In this document: piece after piece, positions 61,978 to 64,000 of the stretch
Position numbering within the stretch: position 1 is the first letter of the stretch
Layout: each line of letters starts with the position of its first letter
Origin: Polyangiales bacterium
GTDB taxonomy: Bacteria > Myxococcota_A > Polyangia > Polyangiales > JADJQN01
Reading direction: 5' to 3'
Assembly: GCA_964202905.1 (NCBI GenBank)
Contig: CAXNJO010000001.1
Span: 896,001-960,000 of the forward strand
Length of the DNA stretch: 64,000 nucleotides
Notes under the pieces: generated by a model
Seen by the model: the letters and a program-made list of their open reading frames with translations, nothing else
Told to the model about the DNA's origin: nothing
Databases searched by the model: none
Position numbers and translations under genes: made by a program

Positions 61978-63261
61978 ATGGGAATCATGATGTCAAGGCA
62001 GAGTCGAAGAGCGAGGCGGTTCGTATGCGGGGCGAGGTTCGGCGCTGCGTGGACGATCGTCGTGTGTGGTGTGCTGGTCGCGGCCGGTTGCGCGACGCGT
62101 GACGAGTCGGTCGCGCCGCCGCTCGACGCCGGGCTGCACGACGCGACGCACGCGGACGCCATGCTCGCGGACGCGGGCGAGGCCGCGCGCGATGCGGACG
62201 CGCAGATCGACGCATCCCGCGACGCGGGCGACGACGACGCAGGCGCGCTCGCGTCGCGCTGCGCCCTGCCCCCGACGTATGCAGAGCTGCGCTTCACGCC
62301 CTGGCTCGTGGTCCTCGGGCGCGAGGCGCTCGCTGACGCGTCCGCCGCGCCGCCCGGAAGCATCCGTGAGGCGCAGCTCATCGACGCCGTCGCGGCGACG
62401 GGTGTGCGCGTCGCGTCTGCGGCGGAGGCGATCCGCGCGACGGACGACGACGCCTTCGACGTGCTCACGCTGCTCGACATTGGGACGCGCCGCACCTTCG
62501 AGGTCGTCACGGCGACGTATGGCGACAGCCGCTACGGCCGTGTCTTCGACGCCGACGGCCCCCTCGTCGTTGCGACGATCACGGACTCCGACGTCGGCGC
62601 ATGCACCGTGGAGCGCGGCCTCGAGGGGACGCCGTGTGCGGATGCGACGCCCTGTGCGCCCGGGATCTGCCTCGGCGTCGTGCGCGAGGAGGTCTGTGTC
62701 GACGGCGTCTGCACGCCCACCGACGTCGTGCTCGGCGAAGGGCGCTGCGTGCGCACGCGCGTGCCCGACGAGCGGCCCTCGCGCGGGGCGACGTGCACCG
62801 GAGACGCCACCTGTCCGCGCGCCGAGGGGCTCACGTGCAGCCTGCTCGGCGACGGACCGGACGCGGTCGGCTTCTGCGAGGACGCGTGGCTGCGCCGCCG
62901 CTTTGCCTTCGAGGGTGCAGCGATCGAGGGCGCGGTGACGACGATTCCGCTCGTCGTCTCCGGCGTCGCGAGCGTCTCGCTGCGCACGACGCTGAGCGCG
63001 GTGATCAGCCACCCACGCCCGGCCGATCTCACCGTCTCGCTCCAGCACCCCGGTGGCGGCTCGAGCGCCGTCGTCTTCGCGGATCCGGGCGCGACGGGCA
63101 CGGAGATCGTGCTCCGCGACGTGCGCGCGCTGCTCCCGTCCGACGAGGGGATCAACGGGACGTGGTCGCTCCTCGTGGAAGATGCGGGCGGCAGCGTACT
63201 CCCCCCTGGCAGCGCCTTCGCCTTCGGCCTCGAGCTCGAGGTCGCGAGTTGGTTCGATTGA
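61978..63261 (+). CDS. Cys-rich lipoprotein with C-terminal proprotein convertase P-domain
   Basis: LVAAGC lipobox; DAG linker; ISHPRPADLTVSLQHP...INGTWSLLVED. Confidence 0.8.
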   Translation: MGIMMSRQSRRARRFVCGARFGAAWTIVVCGVLVAAGCATRDESVAPPLDAGLHDATHADAMLADAGEAARDADAQIDASRDAGDDDAGALASRCALPPTYAELRFTPWLVVLGREALADASAAPPGSIREAQLIDAVAATGVRVASAAEAIRATDDDAFDVLTLLDIGTRRTFEVVTATYGDSRYGRVFDADGPLVVATITDSDVGACTVERGLEGTPCADATPCAPGICLGVVREEVCVDGVCTPTDVVLGEGRCVRTRVPDERPSRGATCTGDATCPRAEGLTCSLLGDGPDAVGFCEDAWLRRRFAFEGAAIEGAVTTIPLVVSGVASVSLRTTLSAVISHPRPADLTVSLQHPGGGSSAVVFADPGATGTEIVLRDVRALLPSDEGINGTWSLLVEDAGGSVLPPGSAFAFGLELEVASWFD

Positions 63262-63265
63262 CGAC

Positions 63266-63285
63266 AGACAGCCGGCCGGCTGTCT
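63266..63285. repeat. Perfect 20-bp palindrome between convergent genes
   Basis: AGACAGCCGG|CCGGCTGTCT. Confidence 0.8.
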
Positions 63286-63300
63286 CCGAACCCGGCGTCC

Positions 63301-64000
63301 TCAGAACCAGCTCGTCGCGCCGAGCGTGACCGTATCCTGCGCGGCGCGGTTCGGCGCGTAGGGCATCGTCAGGCCGTCTCCGGTGACGTCGCCGCCGAAG
63401 TAGAGATTCGCGCCGGCCTGATCGTGCCGGTATTCGAGGCGGATCGAGACGCGCGCGTGCGGGCGGTAGTCGAGCGTCGCCGTGCCGGAGGCAACCCACA
63501 GCGCGGGGAAGAAGATCGGCGTCGCGCGCCCCGCCGCACCCGCGGCGACGCGCTCGTGGAAGGCGTCGCCGCGGAGGGCGACCCACCACTGCGCCGCGAT
63601 GCGGAAGCGCGCCGCGAGCGCGCCTGCGACCCACCCGCTCAGGCCGAACGCGTTCGGCTCGAGGCCGCCGTCGACGTGCGCAAGGAGCGAGAGCCGAGGC
63701 GTCGCGTGCCACGTCGCGTAGGCGTCGAGCAGATGGCGGAGCGCGCGACCCTCGGGGGCGCCGCGCGGCCGCTCGACGCCGCCGAAGTAGAGGACGGACA
63801 CGGAGAGAGCGTCGTGCGCGTACGCGAGCTGCGCCGACACCGACTTCTCGTCGTTGCCGTCGACGACGGAGTTCCAGCCGTTGTAGACGGCGAGCGACAC
63901 GGTCCACGCCTCGTCGAGGGCGAGCGCGGCGCGCGCACCCGCATGATAGAAGGGCAGCCCGAAGAAGAGATTCGAGCGCGACCAATTCCACGAGTCGCGG
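63301..64000 (-). CDS. Outer-membrane beta-barrel porin, 5' part outside the window
   Basis: YNGWNSVVDGND, IRLEYRHD, C-terminal TLGATSWF; the frame stays open to the window edge. Confidence 0.85.
   Translation of the reverse strand, partial: RDSWNWSRSNLFFGLPFYHAGARAALALDEAWTVSLAVYNGWNSVVDGNDEKSVSAQLAYAHDALSVSVLYFGGVERPRGAPEGRALRHLLDAYATWHATPRLSLLAHVDGGLEPNAFGLSGWVAGALAARFRIAAQWWVALRGDAFHERVAAGAAGRATPIFFPALWVASGTATLDYRPHARVSIRLEYRHDQAGANLYFGGDVTGDGLTMPYAPNRAAQDTVTLGATSWF

Overview
High-GC bacterial chromosomal window. The gene content (FHA-sigma54 activator, eukaryotic-like Ser/Thr kinase, MYXO-CTERM protein, many Cys-rich 'DAG'-linker lipoproteins) points to a myxobacterium, probably Polyangiales/Sandaracinaceae-like (inference). 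Main contents: (1) an SOS mutagenesis cassette split by ~8 kb (imuA-imuB ... dnaE2), each half with the same TTGACA + CTG-N10-CAG promoter/operator; (2) a winged-helix regulator divergent from an ABC/HlyD/TolC operon; (3) a kinase/FHA-EBP/lipoprotein island with a glycine-zipper-tailed lipoprotein and a complete IS4 element (10-bp target duplication) that cuts a lipoprotein signal peptide; (4) a ferredoxin reductase + MerR-like + two diiron protein + TonB receptor operon with a palindromic operator, followed by a cobalamin riboswitch and two lipoproteins; (5) a tandem duplication of a ~4.5-kb Cys-repeat/NHL lipoprotein gene with near-identical promoter and N-terminus but diverged C-terminus; (6) phoD, a YHYH protein, ABC-F, SDR, class II aldolase, TSP3 protein, ECF sigma/anti-sigma, radC and a partial porin. 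Many frameshifts suggest imperfect long-read polishing, so pseudogene calls are uncertain. I saw no rRNA, tRNA or CRISPR array. All family assignments come from motif recognition, not database searches.
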